Assembly (NCBI GenBank): GCA_030390025.1
Contig: CM059431.1
Coordinates: 152,460,001-152,524,000, forward strand
Direction: 5' to 3'
From: Squalus acanthias
Taxonomy: Eukaryota
DNA length: 64,000 bases
Position numbers and translations under genes: made by a program
Part shown: in pieces, positions 48,131-61,707 of the stretch
Numbering within the stretch: position 1 is the first letter of the stretch
Layout of the letters: each line of letters starts with the position of its first letter
The notes under the pieces: model-generated
The model's database searches: none
Told to the model about the DNA's origin: nothing
What the model saw: only the letters and a program-made list of their open reading frames with translations

Positions 48131-49454
48131 CCCTCTCTCAGCTTTGTTTAGAAAGCCAGAAAGGGGAGGAATGGCTTGTATTGGATGCCTCCCTCTGCCT
48201 GATCTTGTGTTATCGCTGTGTATGCAGAAGTGCGGTTATGCCCGTAAATGCGCTACCAGCATGCGAGGTACATGATGAAGATGCCCTTAAGAATGTGTCC
48301 AAGACATGGTCAGTCACGCTGAGGTCAGCACGACAAGAAATGGTTAATGTGGCTCTGGAGAGCGTAATGTGTGATGCAAATGGTTTGAGATCTGCAGAAG
48401 AGGATAGATCGAGATAGATATATAATGCTTATGAGATTTAGTTTACTGTTGGCCTTAACTAATCTATCGCCAACAGTGGGGTATTGTAAGGAAAGAGATA
48501 ATCAGACTGTCCTAAAGTTTGTTAATGTTATACTATATTGGTTTATCTTTCTATAGCTTTAATCTTAATATTTAGCGTTTGCCTGTTAAGCAGGGAAGGA
48601 CAAGTCTATTTAAAGTAACAGTGGACTGATGTGCCAGGGCCGTTCCTGCATCAATGGTCAGTCTCAGGATGAACCAATAAGAGATTTATGTAACACATGT
48701 CATTGCAAACTGATTCATAAATTTCAGAGAACTTTCATCATTTGCTACAATGTGGGAAGATAGTTAGTTCCAGAACGGAAAATCGGGGCATGCATCATCA
48801 TTTTAATTGGTACGAAAGATCCAGAAATAAAGGTAGATTTATAATTAATGGTTTCCCTTGGTAGAATTGAAAAGCTGTGGATCAAGAGTGAAACTATTGA
48901 TAAGATAATGACTCGAAGGGAATTACGCTTGTAAGCCCACCAGGAAAAGTGATTGTTTAGTGAGGAAAACTATCCTTATTGATCAACGATTCGTCGATGG
49001 AAGTCTCCATATATGGAGATACATGTTAACAACGACAACACATTGGGGGAAACATTCGGTTGGTTTGCGGCTCCCATTATCACCCTAAAAGGACGCTAAT
49101 GGGTTGCAAGGCAGCTAGTTCCAGGGCACGCCGGTTTTTGTGCCGCTCGCGAAATTGACGACATTTTGCGGCAGCACTGAACACTACCACTACGATCTCC
49201 TGCACCCGCAGATCGTGACGTCAGTTCCCTTTCCTCCTTTAAGACGCTCCTTAAAAACTACCTCTTCGACCAAGCTTTTGTTCATCTGGCCTAGCATCTC
49301 CTTATATGGTTCGGTGTCCAATTTTTTTTAATAACACTCCTGTGAAGCGCTTTGGGACGATTTATTATGTTAAAGGTGCAATATAAATATACGTTGTTTC
49401 TGTTGTTAAAGTAAAAGGAAAAAAGGAAATGATTGAATAAATGGAAAGTCTGAG

Positions 49455-50125
49455 AATTTTACCTGTGCAGGTGAGTGAGGCCCCCCACCGTGGATCAGCC
49501 CATTGCTCATCTGTACTCAATGGTTAAAGATCAGAGCAATGTACCTGTACAGGTGAGTGAGGCCCCCACCGTGGATCAGCCCATTGCTCATCTGTACTCA
49601 ATGGTTAAAGATCAGAGCAATGTACCTGTACAGGTGAGTGAGGCCCCCACCGTGGATCAGCCCACTGCTCATCTGTACTCAATGGTTAAAGATCAGAGCA
49701 GTGTACCTGTACAGGTGAGTGAGGCCCCCCACGATATATCAGTTCGGTGCCTGCCTGCTTTCAATGGTTAAACATCAGAGCAATGTATCTGTGCAGGTGA
49801 GTGAGGCCCCCACCGTGGATCAGCCCACTGCTCATCTGTACTCAATGGTTAAAGATCTGAGCAATGCACCTGTGCAGGTGAGCGAGGATCCCCACGACGG
49901 ATCAGCAGTTGCTCATCCGTTATCGATGAAAATAAAATCTATTCAATATAACTGAGCAGGTCAGTGAGTCTCCCCACAGTGGATCAGCCCACTGCTCATC
50001 TGCTGCCAATGGTTAAAGATCTCAGCAATGCACCAGTGCAGATGCGTGAGTCCCCCCACGGTGGATCAGCCCTGTGCTTGTCTGTACTCATTAGTTAAAG
50101 ATCTGAACAATGTTCCTGTACCTGA
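49455..50125 (+). repeat. 81-bp tandem repeat, ~8 copies
   Basis: GTGAGTGAGGCCCCCACCGTGGATCAGCCC... recurring at 49471, 49553, 49634 and onward. Confidence 0.9.
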
Positions 50126-50599
50126 TAAATCTGTGAGTGAGTCAAGTGAATGATAGAGAGAGACACGACCACAAGGAAATAGATAAATGTGTCACTGAAT
50201 ACATTGAGTGAAACAGAGACACACGGAACGAGAGATAGATTAATGTGACACTGAATACAGTGAGTGACACAGAGAGACACCAACAGAGGGAGATCTATAA
50301 AAGTGACACTGAATGCCGTGAGTGACACCGAGAGACACCAACAGAGGGAGATATATAAAGGTGAGACCAAATGCAATGAGTAATACAGAAAGAAACCAAC
50401 AGAGAGAGACAGAGAGATCAAGGTGTGTATTAATACATATAGTGTCACAGCAAGGGAACACTTCAATCAGGATTGTGCTGACTATACCCTATTAAAATTA
50501 CCCCTGATCCCGTGTATCGGGGTAAAGAGATCAGCACTGTTCAGTGTAATACAAATTGACAATGAGAGGGCTGATTAAACACGGCCTGACTGAGTTGGA

Positions 50600-51170
50600 G
50601 CGCCCTAGTGTAATATAAACAGAGACCTGGTCTAGTACAGTAATAAGTGAGACAGCGTCTAGTGTAATATAAACAGAGACAGGGTCTAGTGTAATATAAA
50701 CAGAGATCTGGTCTAGTGCATTAATAACTGAGACAGGGTCTAGTGTAATATAAACAGAGACAGGGCCTAGTGTAGTAATCACTGAGACAGGGTCTAGAGT
50801 GCTACAAACCGAGACAGGGTCTAGTGTAATATAAACAGAGACAGGGTCGAGTGTAATATAAACAGAGACAGAGTCTAGTGCATTAAATACTGAGACAGGG
50901 CCTAGTGTAATATAAACAGAGACAGGGTCACGTATAATATATACTGAGACAGGTTCTAATGCAGCCGTCACTGAGACAGGGTCTAGAGAGCTATAAACAG
51001 AGACAGGATCTAATGCAGTAATAACTGAGACAGGGTCCAGGGTAATATAAACACAGACAGGGTCTAGTGCAGTAATAACTGTGACAGGCCTAGTGCAACA
51101 TAAACAGAGACAGGGTCTAGTGCAGTAATAACTGTGACAGGCCTAGTGCAACATAAACAGAGACAGGGTC
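50600..51170 (+). repeat. 27-bp minisatellite (TCTAGTGTAATATAAACAGAGACAGGG); resumes at ~51850-51885
   Basis: 27-nt periodicity; explains the repetitive ORF 50531-50971. Confidence 0.9.
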
Positions 51171-51850
51171 GTGCAGGAAACACAGAAAGCTAGCATGCAG
51201 GTACAGCAAGCAAAAAGGAAGGGAAATGGCATGTCGGCTTTTATTGCAAGGGGGTTGGAGTATAAGAGTTAGGAAGTCTTGGTTCATTGTACAGGGCCTT
51301 GGTGAGACCACACATAGAGTACTGTGTATAGTTTTGGTCTCCTTATCTAAGGACGGATATACTTGCCTTGGAGGGGGTGCTGCGAAGGTTCACTAGATTG
51401 ATACCTGGGATGAGAGGGCTGTCCTATGACGAGAGATTGTTTAGAATGGGGCTATACTCTCTGGAGTTTAGAAGAATGAGAGGTGATCTCATTGAAATAT
51501 ACAAGATTCTAGAGGGGATTGACAGGGTAGATGCTGAGAGGTTGTTTCCCCTGGCTGGAGTGTTTAGAACTAGGGGACGTAGTCTAAGGATAAGGGGTAG
51601 GCCATTTAAGACTGAGATGAGGAGGAATTTCTTCACTCAGATGGCAGTGAATCTTTGGAATTCTCTGCCCCAGAGGGCTGTGAAGGCTGAGATAGATAGT
51701 TTATTGGACTCTAGGGGAATCAAGGAATATGGAGATCGGGCGGGAAAGTGGAGTTGAGGTCGACGATCAGCCATGATCTAATTGAATGGCGGAGCAGGCT
51801 CGAGGGGACGTATGGCCTACTCCTGCTCTTATTTCTTATGTTCTTATGTC
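51170..51850 (+). mobile_element. CR1 3' fragment inserted in the 27-bp minisatellite
   Basis: LEFRRMRGDLIE and NLWNSLP motifs; (TTCTTATG)n tail. Confidence 0.85.
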
Positions 51851-53859
51851 TAGTGCAGTAATAACTGAGACAGGGTCTAGTGTGACGTCAGTCTGTGTGA
51901 CGTCAGTCTGCAGTCTGTGTGATGTCAGCAGCCTGTGTGTGTCGCTGAGCTTCAGTCAGGGTTACTCTTTCTCGCCCTGTGTTTGAGGAACGTGTGTCTG
52001 CTGGCTGTCTGACGTGCCGTCGGCCATGTTTGACGGCTATGGGAATTGAGGGGAACACAGCAAAGGTTAATTTAGCAATAGAGGAAATGACAATATCAGG
52101 GATATGGTAACTGTTTAATCATAAATAGAGTGTCTCAAGGAAACAATATAAATATTTAATTAGAAACAGGGGCGGGGAATCACAAACATATGGATTAGAA
52201 TTTGACACGGCAATGCAATGGTTAACTTTTGCATGCCTTTGCTTTCTGCTTTATCTGTTGAATTTGGATGATGTGGTTGATTACACATCGCCTGCTCACG
52301 ATTGTAGCTGGGTGCAGATACAGCGCTGACTGACGGCATTAAATACTGTTGGTCGTCTGAATCCAGTTAAATGAGAATATGCCTATTGCACAAAACGGCC
52401 CGCAACTCATCGCCGCTTCCCCCAGAAGCTGGTTGCGAGCCGGAGAAGCAGAGCCTGGGCTCCCCGGGGACCTTAAACCATGTGGAGTTTGTTTGTTTTG
52501 ACAACGTCAGCATAAAGTGGAACGTGAGTTACGGGTAAAGGGGGCACTTAATCACAGTTAATAAATGAAGCCCATTGAAAATTATAGTACTAAGACTGTT
52601 GTTAGAGTAAACTTTTCAATAAGGTTCTTGATACTTGGACTGAGGTTTCATAGGTTTATTCAGCACACAGTATATGCAATAGTATTTAAACATACACGTA
52701 AAAGGTAGCACATGCAACCACAGCTGATGATGGTTGATTAGGGATTGAGAATTCTTACACTTCTGAGCTCAGTACCTTAGGCTTTCACGAATCGGAATAC
52801 TCAGTACAAACAGCCAATTGTATTAAAATTCTCTCGCTCCCTCTCCGTGAACATCCACACAATGTTGCATTATATAACTATATGAAAGTTAAAATGTAAC
52901 TCCATAGAAGGAGACTTTCATCGACCTATCCTTGATCAATAAGGATAGTTTTCCTTATTAACGATCTCCTTGTCTGGTGGGCTTACAAGTGTAATTACCT
53001 CAGAATCGTTAACTTATCGATAGTTTCACTCTTGATCAACAACATTTCAATTCTACCAAGTGAAACCGTTAATTATAAGTCTGCGTTTGATTTTGTATCA
53101 TTCCTACCAATTAAAATGATGATGTATGCCCCGATATTTTCCGATGTAGACCTAACTGCCTTCCAACATTGTAGCAAGTTATTAAAATTCTCTGAAATTT
53201 TTGAATCAGATTGCAATGGCATGTGTTTAATTAAGTCTCCAACTGCTTCTTCCTGAGACTGACCACTGCTACATGGTCAGCTCTGGCCCAGCAGTCCACT
53301 GGTACTTTAAATTGACTTATTCTTCCCTACTTAACAGAGAAAGGCTAAAGATTAGCATTACTACAATTTAAAGATAAACCAATACAGTATAACACTATCA
53401 GACTTTACGACAGTCTGATTAAACCTTTACCTACAATCTTCCCTCTGTTTGAGCTAGATTACTTAAGGCCAACGCTATGCAATACCTCATCAACATCATA
53501 TATCTATCACGATATCTTCTCTTCTGCAGATCTCTACCCATTTGTTTTAAACATTACTCTCTCCAGAGCTACATTAATCATTTCATGTAGTGGTGATGTC
53601 AGCGTGACGGACCATGTATTAAATAGGATTACATAGCATTACATAGGATATACGGCACTGAAAAAGGCTCTGCGGCCCGAGCAGTCCATGCCGCTTTTTA
53701 TGCTCTACTTGAATCTATTCCTGTTTTTCCCAATCTAAATCTATCAGCATAGCCCTCTATTCGCTTCTCTCTCATATGCTTGTCTAGACTCCCCTCCCCT
53801 TAAATGCATCTATGTATACTATTCACGTCACTCTCGCCCTGAATTTCAAATTCAGTTTG

Positions 53860-56112
53860 AGCGTGAGAAAGCTAGATCTCAAACTAGTGTGCTAACTTAA
53901 ATAAATATAATTACAAAGGTATGAAGACAAACTTGTTTAAGATGGACTGGGAAAATATATTACAGGGTAGGACTGTATAAAAGCAGTGGCAAACATTTAA
54001 GGAGATATTTCATAACTCTCAGCAAAGATATTTTTCAATGAGAAAGAAAGACTATAGAGAAGGATGAAGCATCCAGGGCTAACTAAAGAAGTAAAGGATG
54101 GTATCAAATTGAAAACAAAGCATACAATGTTGAGAAGAATAGTGGAAGGCCGAGGATTGGGAATTTTTTTAAACCAGCAATAGACGGACGACTAAAAAAA
54201 TGATAGAGAGAGAGGATAGCTTATGACAGTAAGCTAGCAAGGAATACAAAAACAGACAGTAAGAGCTTCTACAGGTATATAAAAAGGAAGAGAGTAGCTA
54301 ATGTAAAAGTTGGTCCGCTAGAGGATGAGTCTGCGGAATTAATAATTGCAAACAGGGAAATGGCAGAGACTTGAACAAATATTTTTTATCGGTCTTCACG
54401 GTAGAAGACACGAAAAGCATCCCGATAATGGATAATCAAGGGACTATTGGGGTGCTGAGGGGGGACTTAAAAAATCACTATCACTAGAGAAAAATACTAG
54501 GCAATCTAATGGGACCAAAGGTGGACAGGTCCCCTGGACCCGATGGCCGGCCTCGTAGGGTCTTACAAGAGGTGGTTGCAGAGATAGTGGATGCATTGGT
54601 TGTAATCTACCAAAATTCTCTGGATTCTAGAGAGGTCCCAGCGGACTGGAATATCGCAAATGTAACGCCTCTATTTAAGAAAGGAGGGAGACAGACAGTA
54701 AGCAACTATCGGCCAGTTAGTCTAACATCTGTCATTGGGAAAATGCTGGAGTCCATCATTAAGGAAGTGGTAGCAGGACATTTAGAATATCATAATATAG
54801 TCAAGCAGAGTCAGCATGGTTTTATGAAAGGTAAATTATGTTTGACAAATTTGCTGGAATTCTTTGAAGAGGTAACGAGCAGAATGGATAGAGGGGAACC
54901 AATAGATGTCGTATATTTAGATTTCCAGAGGGCATTCGATAAGGTGCCACTTAAAAGGTTACTGCACAAGATAAGAGCTCAGGGGTTGGGGGTAATATAT
55001 GAGCATGGATAGATGATTGGCTAACTGACAGAAAAAAGAGAGTCGGGATAAATGGGTCATTTTCAGGTTGGCAAACTGTAACTAGTGGGGTGCTACAGGG
55101 ATTTTTGCTGGGGCCTCAACTAGTTACAATCTATATTAATGACTTGGATGAAGGGACCGAGTGTAATGTAATCAAATTTGCTGAAGATACAAAGACAGGT
55201 GGGAAAGCAAACTATGTGGAGAACGCAAAGAATCTCCAAAGGGATATAGATAGGCTAAGTGAGTGGGCAAAAATCTGGCAGATGGAGTAAAATCTGGGAA
55301 AATGGGAGATTATCCACTTTGGTAGAAAAAATAAAAAAGCAAATTATTATTTCAATGGGGAGAGATTACAAAATGCTGAGGTACAGAGGGATCATGGGAT
55401 CCTTGTACATGAATCACAAAAAGTTAGCATGCAGGTACAGCAATTAATTAGGAAGGCAAATGGAAAGTTGGCGTTTATTGCAAAGGGAATGGAGTACAGA
55501 ATTAGGGAAATCCTGTTACAACTGTACAGGTCGTTGGTGAGACCACACCTGGAGTACTGCGTACAGTTTTGGACTCCTTATTTAAGGAAGGATATACCCG
55601 CAATGGAGGCAGTTCAGAGAAGGTTCACGAGGTTGATTCCGGAGATGAAGGGGTTGTCTTATGAAGAACGGTTGAGCAGGTTGGGCCTATACACATTGGA
55701 GTTTAGAAGAATGAGAGGCGATCTTATTGAAACATATAAGATTCTGAAGGGACTTGACAGGGTAGATGCAGAGAAGGTGTTTCCACTCGTTGGGGAATCT
55801 AGATTTAGTGGGCAAAGTTTCAGAATAAGGGGGCACACATTTAAAACATATGAGTAGGAATTTCTTCTCTCAGAGGATCGTGAATCTTTGGTATTCTATC
55901 CCCCAGAAAGCTGTGGAGGTTGGGTCATTGAATATATTTAATTTGGAGATAAACAGATTTTTGATTGGTAAGGGAGTTAAGGTTATGAGGAGCGGGCACG
56001 GAAGTGGAGTTGAGGCTAAGGTCAGATCAGCCATGAACTTAATGAATTGCGGAGCAGGCTCGAGGCCGAAATGACTTACTCCTGCTCCTACTACTTACTA
56101 TGTTCTTATGTT
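53860..56112 (+). mobile_element. CR1 LINE ORF2 fragment with 3' tail
   Basis: SPGPDG, NYRPVSLTS, YLDFQRAFDKVP and LVRPHLEYC motifs. Confidence 0.88.
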
Positions 56113-57225
56113 CTGTGGCAGCGAGTTCCATATTCTCACCACGCTTTGGGTAATGAAGGTTCTTCTGAATTACCTGTTGGATTTCTTGTTGACTATCTTA
56201 TATTGATGGCCTTCAGTTATGCTCTTCCAAACTAGTTGTAACATTGTCTCTGTATCCACTCTATCAAATCCTTTCATAATGTTATAGACCTCTATTAGTT
56301 CAATCCTCAGCCTTCTTTTTTCAAGAGAATAGAGACCCAGACTGTTCTTCCTTTCCTGATATGTATACCTTCACATTTCTGGTATCATCCTTGTAAATCT
56401 TCTCTGCAACCTCTCCAGTGCCTCTATATCCTTTTTATAATATGGCGATCAGAACTGCACGCAGTACTCTAAGTGTGGTCTAACCAAGGTTCGATACAGG
56501 TTCAGCATATTTTCCCTACTTTTCAATTGTATCCCTCCAGAAATAAACCCAAGTGCTTGGTTTGCATTTTAATGGCCTTGCTAACCTGTGGCGCAAATTT
56601 ACGTGATTTGTGCATTTGTACTCCTAGATCCCTTTGTGCCTCTACCCCACCTAGGCTGGCATCCTCCAAGTGATAAGTGACCTCCCTATTCTTCCTACCT
56701 AAATGTAATACCTCACATTTGTCTGTGTTGAATTTCATTTGCCAATTATTTGCCCATTCTGCAAGTTTATTAATGCCCTCCTGTAACTTGTTGCAGTCCT
56801 CCTCAATATTGACAATCACCCCCCACCCCCCCCCCCCCCCTTTGGTATAGTCCACAAATTTAGAATTTGTGTTTTTGATTACAAAGTCTAAATCGTTAAT
56901 ATAAGTTGGGAACAGCAGTGGTACCAGCACTGATCCTTGTGGAACACCACGAGCCAACTTCTGCACTGTGAATCGCCACCCTTTACTCCCACTCTCTGTT
57001 TTCTGTCTTGAAACCAGCTAGCTATCCATTCTGCTAATTGTACCCTGACTCCGCATTCTCTGACCTTATTCATTAATCTATTTTGTGGTACCTTATCGAA
57101 GGCCTTTTTTAAATCTAGATACATTACATCTACTGCATTCCCCTTGTCGACTCTCTATGTTAACTCTTCAAAAAATTCAATAAGGTTGATCAAGCAAGAT
57201 TTTCCCTTTCGAAATCCTTGTCTTG
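56113..57225 (-). mobile_element. CR1 LINE RT fragment
   Basis: YLDLKKAFDKVP, GVPQGSVL and LAEWANNWQMKFN motifs. Confidence 0.85.
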
Positions 57226-58281
57226 GATCCATTCTTCAGGGCATCTTTATCATGCAAATCTCGTGCTGTTATCACATTCACGGGCAACACATCACATCCA
57301 TTTAAAGATTGGATATCTGACGGTGTTTCATTAAAATCTCTCTGGTCCTGGTCCCGATGTTTAGGGATTGAATCGATACACGCAGACTACTTCCATTAAT
57401 TGAGGGATCAAGAAATAACGGCCATATATTAAAGAATAAATGTAAGACATATAGAACTGAGGTTAGGAGGAATCTCTGTACAATGAGAGTCGTGCGGCTG
57501 TGGAATTCACAGACTCAGAAATTATTCCAATATTCAAGATGAAATTGGATAGATGGATGAATGAAAATAGATCGAAGACATGTCGAGGCAGAGCGGGTAA
57601 AGTGATTGGAACTATTTGCTCGGGTGGATGGTGAACTGCGGCAGGGACTGGTTCGGTCGAATGCTCTATTCCCCAGTTATAACATTCCAACATTGTGATG
57701 ACAAGTTGTGATTTTAAATAAATATCTGTGAACAAAAATATCTAATGTCACATTAAGCAGCCAAGTTCCTACTGTCTCCATCATTAGACACTGATCAGGA
57801 GACAGGGCCCCGTTCTGTTGGTCCAGGAGACAAAGCCCGGCGGAGTCTGATGGAGAGTCCAGCGCCCAGAACGTTCGCACGAAGATTACAGAAGAATTAA
57901 AATAACCAGGATTGTAAAATCATTCGTTGGTTCTACACTAGATAAAGCTTTATATGTTAATTAAACTGAGCGTCTTATTCCAGTATCTGCGGAGTGAGAC
58001 AGTTAACGCTGACGTCCACATGTTCTATTCCACAGCTGAAGTTCGATCATTATTGTTCTCGTTGAATCTTGAGCGGAAAGTGTTCTGTTTTAGCGGGAAC
58101 CGATTATGTTCACCCGGGGAAAGCAGCAGACATCAAACACACGGCACAAAATTGGAGAAATATTTCCTGGAACCTGTTAATTTTCACAAGAACTACACGC
58201 TTTTATCCCAAGAGAAAGATTGCCATTCTAAAACGGAACACAGGCGGTAATTGAGCTCTAGTTAGGACAGGAAGCTCTCGT

Positions 58282-58556
58282 TTATTTCTTCATTTTATTA
58301 ACCAATATCAGAATCAATGTCCAAGGAGATTTCACCAACTTCACCAACCCTTCCATGAATTCGGTTTGGGACGCTGCATAAATACAGGTGTTTGTACAGG
58401 AACTTAAATATATGAGCAGATATCCGGTTTCTGTGGCGACATAAACAGGGGCTGCATAATCGCCTCGATAATTCGCGATGTTTGCCAGTCTGGCAGTTAA
58501 AAAGCTGACGGCAGTAGTCAGCCACAACACTATAGAACTACCTGATACACTGAACA
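58282..58556 (-). pseudogene. GPR139-like GPCR copy C, 5'-truncated (TM6-TM7 and C-terminus only), with 3' flank homology to ~57400
   Basis: FSVSGSSIVLWLTT...TETGYLLIYLSSCTNTCIYA...VKSPWTLILILVNKMKK; downstream DNA matches 4800-5695. Confidence 0.85.
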
Positions 58557-59275
58557 CTGGTGACCCTACTCTAACATTACTGGTGGTGATCCTACTCTAA
58601 CATTACTGGTGGTGACTCTTCTCTATCATTACTGGTGGTGAATGTAATCTAAAATTACTGACCTTGACTCTACTCTAACATTACTGGTGTTGACACTATT
58701 CTAATATTACTGGTGGTGACCCTACTCTAACATTACTGGTGGTGACACTACTCTAACATTACTGGTGATGACTCTACTCTAACATTACTGGTGGTGACTC
58801 TACTCTAACATTACTGCTGGTGACTCTTCTCTATCATTACTGGTGGTGAATCTAATCTAAAATTATTGACGTTGACTCTACTCTAACATTACCACTGGTG
58901 AACCTACTCTACCATTACTGGTGGTGATCCTACGCTAAAATTACTGATGGTGACCCGACTAGAACATGATTGATGGTGACTCTGCTCTAACATTACTGGT
59001 GGAGACGCTACTCTAATATTAGTGGTGAATCTAATCTAAATTTTCTGGTGGTGAACCTACTCAAAAATTACTGGTGGGGAATCGAATCTAACATTACTGG
59101 TGGTGACCCTAATCTAATATTACGTTTGGTGAATCTAATATGACATTACTGGTGGTGACCATACTCTTACATTACTGGTGTTGAATATACACTTAATTAC
59201 TGGTGGTGATCTACTCTCACTTTACTGGTGGTTAACCTACTCTAGCATTACTGGTGGTGACCCTACGCTAACATG
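58557..59275 (+). repeat. 26-bp minisatellite array
   Basis: Same unit as 7940-13420. Confidence 0.93.
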
Positions 59276-59442
59276 GATGTCTTGCTGCAGTTGTACAGGC
59301 CCTTGGTGAGACAACACCTTGAGTAATGTGTGCAGTTTTGGTCGCCTTATCTGAGAAAGGATGTTCTTGCAATGGAGGGAGTGCTGCGAAGATTGACCAG
59401 ACTGATACCTGCGATGGCTTGAATGACGTATGAAGAGAGATT

Positions 59443-59660
59443 GTGATGTGGAGATGCCGGTTTTGGACTGGGGTGGACAAATGTGAGAAGTCGCACAACA
59501 CCAGGTTATAGTCCAGCAGCTTTATTAGAAATCACAAGCTTTAGGAGCGCTGCTCCTTCGTCAGGTGAAGTGAAACTGACGAAGGAGCAGCGCTCCGAAA
59601 GCTTGTAATTTCTAATAAAGCTGTTGGACTATAACCTGGTGTTGTGCGACTTCTCACATT
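59443..59660. mobile_element. Palindromic Penelope-like remnant with hammerhead motifs
   Basis: Same family as 6922-7151, opposite orientation; flanked by TGAAG(A/T)GAGATT repeats; CTGACGA...GAAA core at 59576-59600. Confidence 0.72.
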
Positions 59661-60647
59661 TGAAGTGAGATTCGGTCGATTAGGTTCTATTCGCTGGAGT
59701 TTTGAAGAATTCGAGGGGATCTCATTGAAATTATAAAATTCTAACAGGACTGTGCAGATTAGATGCAGGAAGGATGTTAGCGATGGTGGGGGAGTCCAGA
59801 ACCAGTGGTCACAGTCTAAGGATAAGGGGTAAGCGATTTAGCACTGAGATGAGGAGGAATTTCTTCACCCAGAGAGTGGTGAACCTGTGGAATTCACTAA
59901 CACAGAAGGCTGTTGAGGTCAACTCATTAAATACATTCAAGAAGGAGTTACATATATTTTTTAAGGCTAAAGGGATCACGGGATATGTGGAGAAAGCAGG
60001 GACAGGGTACTGAATTTGCATGATCAGCCATGACATCATTAAATAGCGGAGCAGTCTCGAGGGGCCGAATGGCCTACGCCTGCTCCTATCTTCTAGGTTT
60101 CTATGTAGGAGAACATTTTGATGACAGTTGACCATAATTCGGTGAGATTTAAGGCAGTCACAGAAAATGACAAAGATGGACCGGAAATAAAGCTTCCAAA
60201 TTGGGGGAAGGCCAATTTTAATATGATAAGTCAGGATCTGGCCAAGGTGGACTGGGATCAGCTACATTTAGGAAAATCCACATCAGAGCAGTGGAAGTCA
60301 TTCAGAAAGGAAATAGAGAGAGTACAGCGCCAACATTTTCCCATCAAGGTCAAGTGTGGGATCAACAAGGCCAGGGAACCCTGAATGTCAAGGGATATAC
60401 AATAATGGATTAGGAAAAAAGGGAGGCTCTTGGCAGATACAAACGAGTAAAAACAGTGGAACCCCGAGAGGAGTATAGTAAGTGCAGGGGGGTACTTAAA
60501 AAAGAAATTGGAGAGCGAAGAGGGCATGAACAAACGCTGGCGGGCAAAATCAGGCTACAGGACGATATTGACGGGTTGGTCGGTCAGATGGGAAGAACAG
60601 TTGCAAATGGAATTTAACCCTGAAAAGTGTGAGGTGATGCATTTTCA

Positions 60648-60935
60648 GAGAATCACAGAATCCCCACAGTGCAGATAGAGGCCATTTCGGCCCATCGAGC
60701 CTGCACCGACACATATCCCACCGCATTTAATCCCCCTAACACTAAGGGCCAATTTATCATAGCCAAATCAACCTAACACGCACATCTTTGGACTGTGGGA
60801 GGAAACCGGAGGAAACCCACGCAGACACAGGGAGAATGTGCAAATTCCACACAAACAGTCACCCGTGGCCGGATTTGAACGCGGGTCCCTGGCGCTGTGA
60901 GGTAACAGTGCTAACCACTATGCCACCGTGTTGCC
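60648..60935 (-). mobile_element. tRNA-derived V-SINE (HE1-like)
   Basis: Same head and core as 13740-13942. Confidence 0.78.
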
Positions 60936-61707
60936 CATCTTGGGAGGACTAAGAAGGCAAGGGAATAAACTATGAATTGTAGGACCCTCGGAAGGACAGA
61001 GGATCAGACGGACCTTGGTGTGCATGTGCATAGATCCCTGAAGGCAGCAGGACAGGTAGATAAGGTGGTTAAGAAGGCATATGGGATACTTGCCTTCATT
61101 AGCCGAGGAATAGAATATAAGAGCAGGGAGTTTATGATGGAGCTGTACAAAACGCTAGTTAGGCCACAGCTGGAATACTGTGTGCAGTTCTGGTCGCCAC
61201 ACTATAGGAAGGATGTGATTGCATTAGAGAGGGTGCAGAGGAGATTCACCAGGATGTTACCTGGGCTGCAGCGCTTCAGCTAGAGAGACTGGATAGACTG
61301 GGGTTCTTTTCCTTGAAGCAGAGAAGGCCGAGGTGGGACCTGATTGAGGTGTACAAAATTATGAGGGGCATAGATAGGGTAGATAGAACGGAACTTTTAC
61401 CCTTAGTAGAGGGGTAAATAACCAGGGGCATAGTTTGAAGTTAAGGGGCAGGAGGTTTAAAGTGGGATTTGAGGAAAAACCTTTTCACCCAGAGGGTGGT
61501 TGGAATCTGGAACTCACTGCCTGAAAGGGTTTTAGAGGCAGTAACCCTCACAACATTTAAAGAAACATTTAGATGAGCACTTGAAATGCCATAGCATACA
61601 AGGCTACGGAACAAGTGCTGGGAAATGGGATTAGAATAGATAGGGCTTGATGGCCGGCGCAGACAGGATGGGCCGAATGGCCTCTCTCTGCGCTGTATAA
61701 CTCTATG

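Larger units (their letters stand above)
59276..61704 (+). mobile_element. Cluster of CR1 fragments with nested Penelope-like remnant and SINE
   Basis: RT C-terminal motifs in ORFs 59774-60013 and 60972-61283; ACTCTATG tail at ~61700. Confidence 0.8.

Noticed and set aside
50095..50971. Hydrophobic/repetitive ORFs (123 aa, 146 aa)
   Set aside because: Translations of tandem repeats
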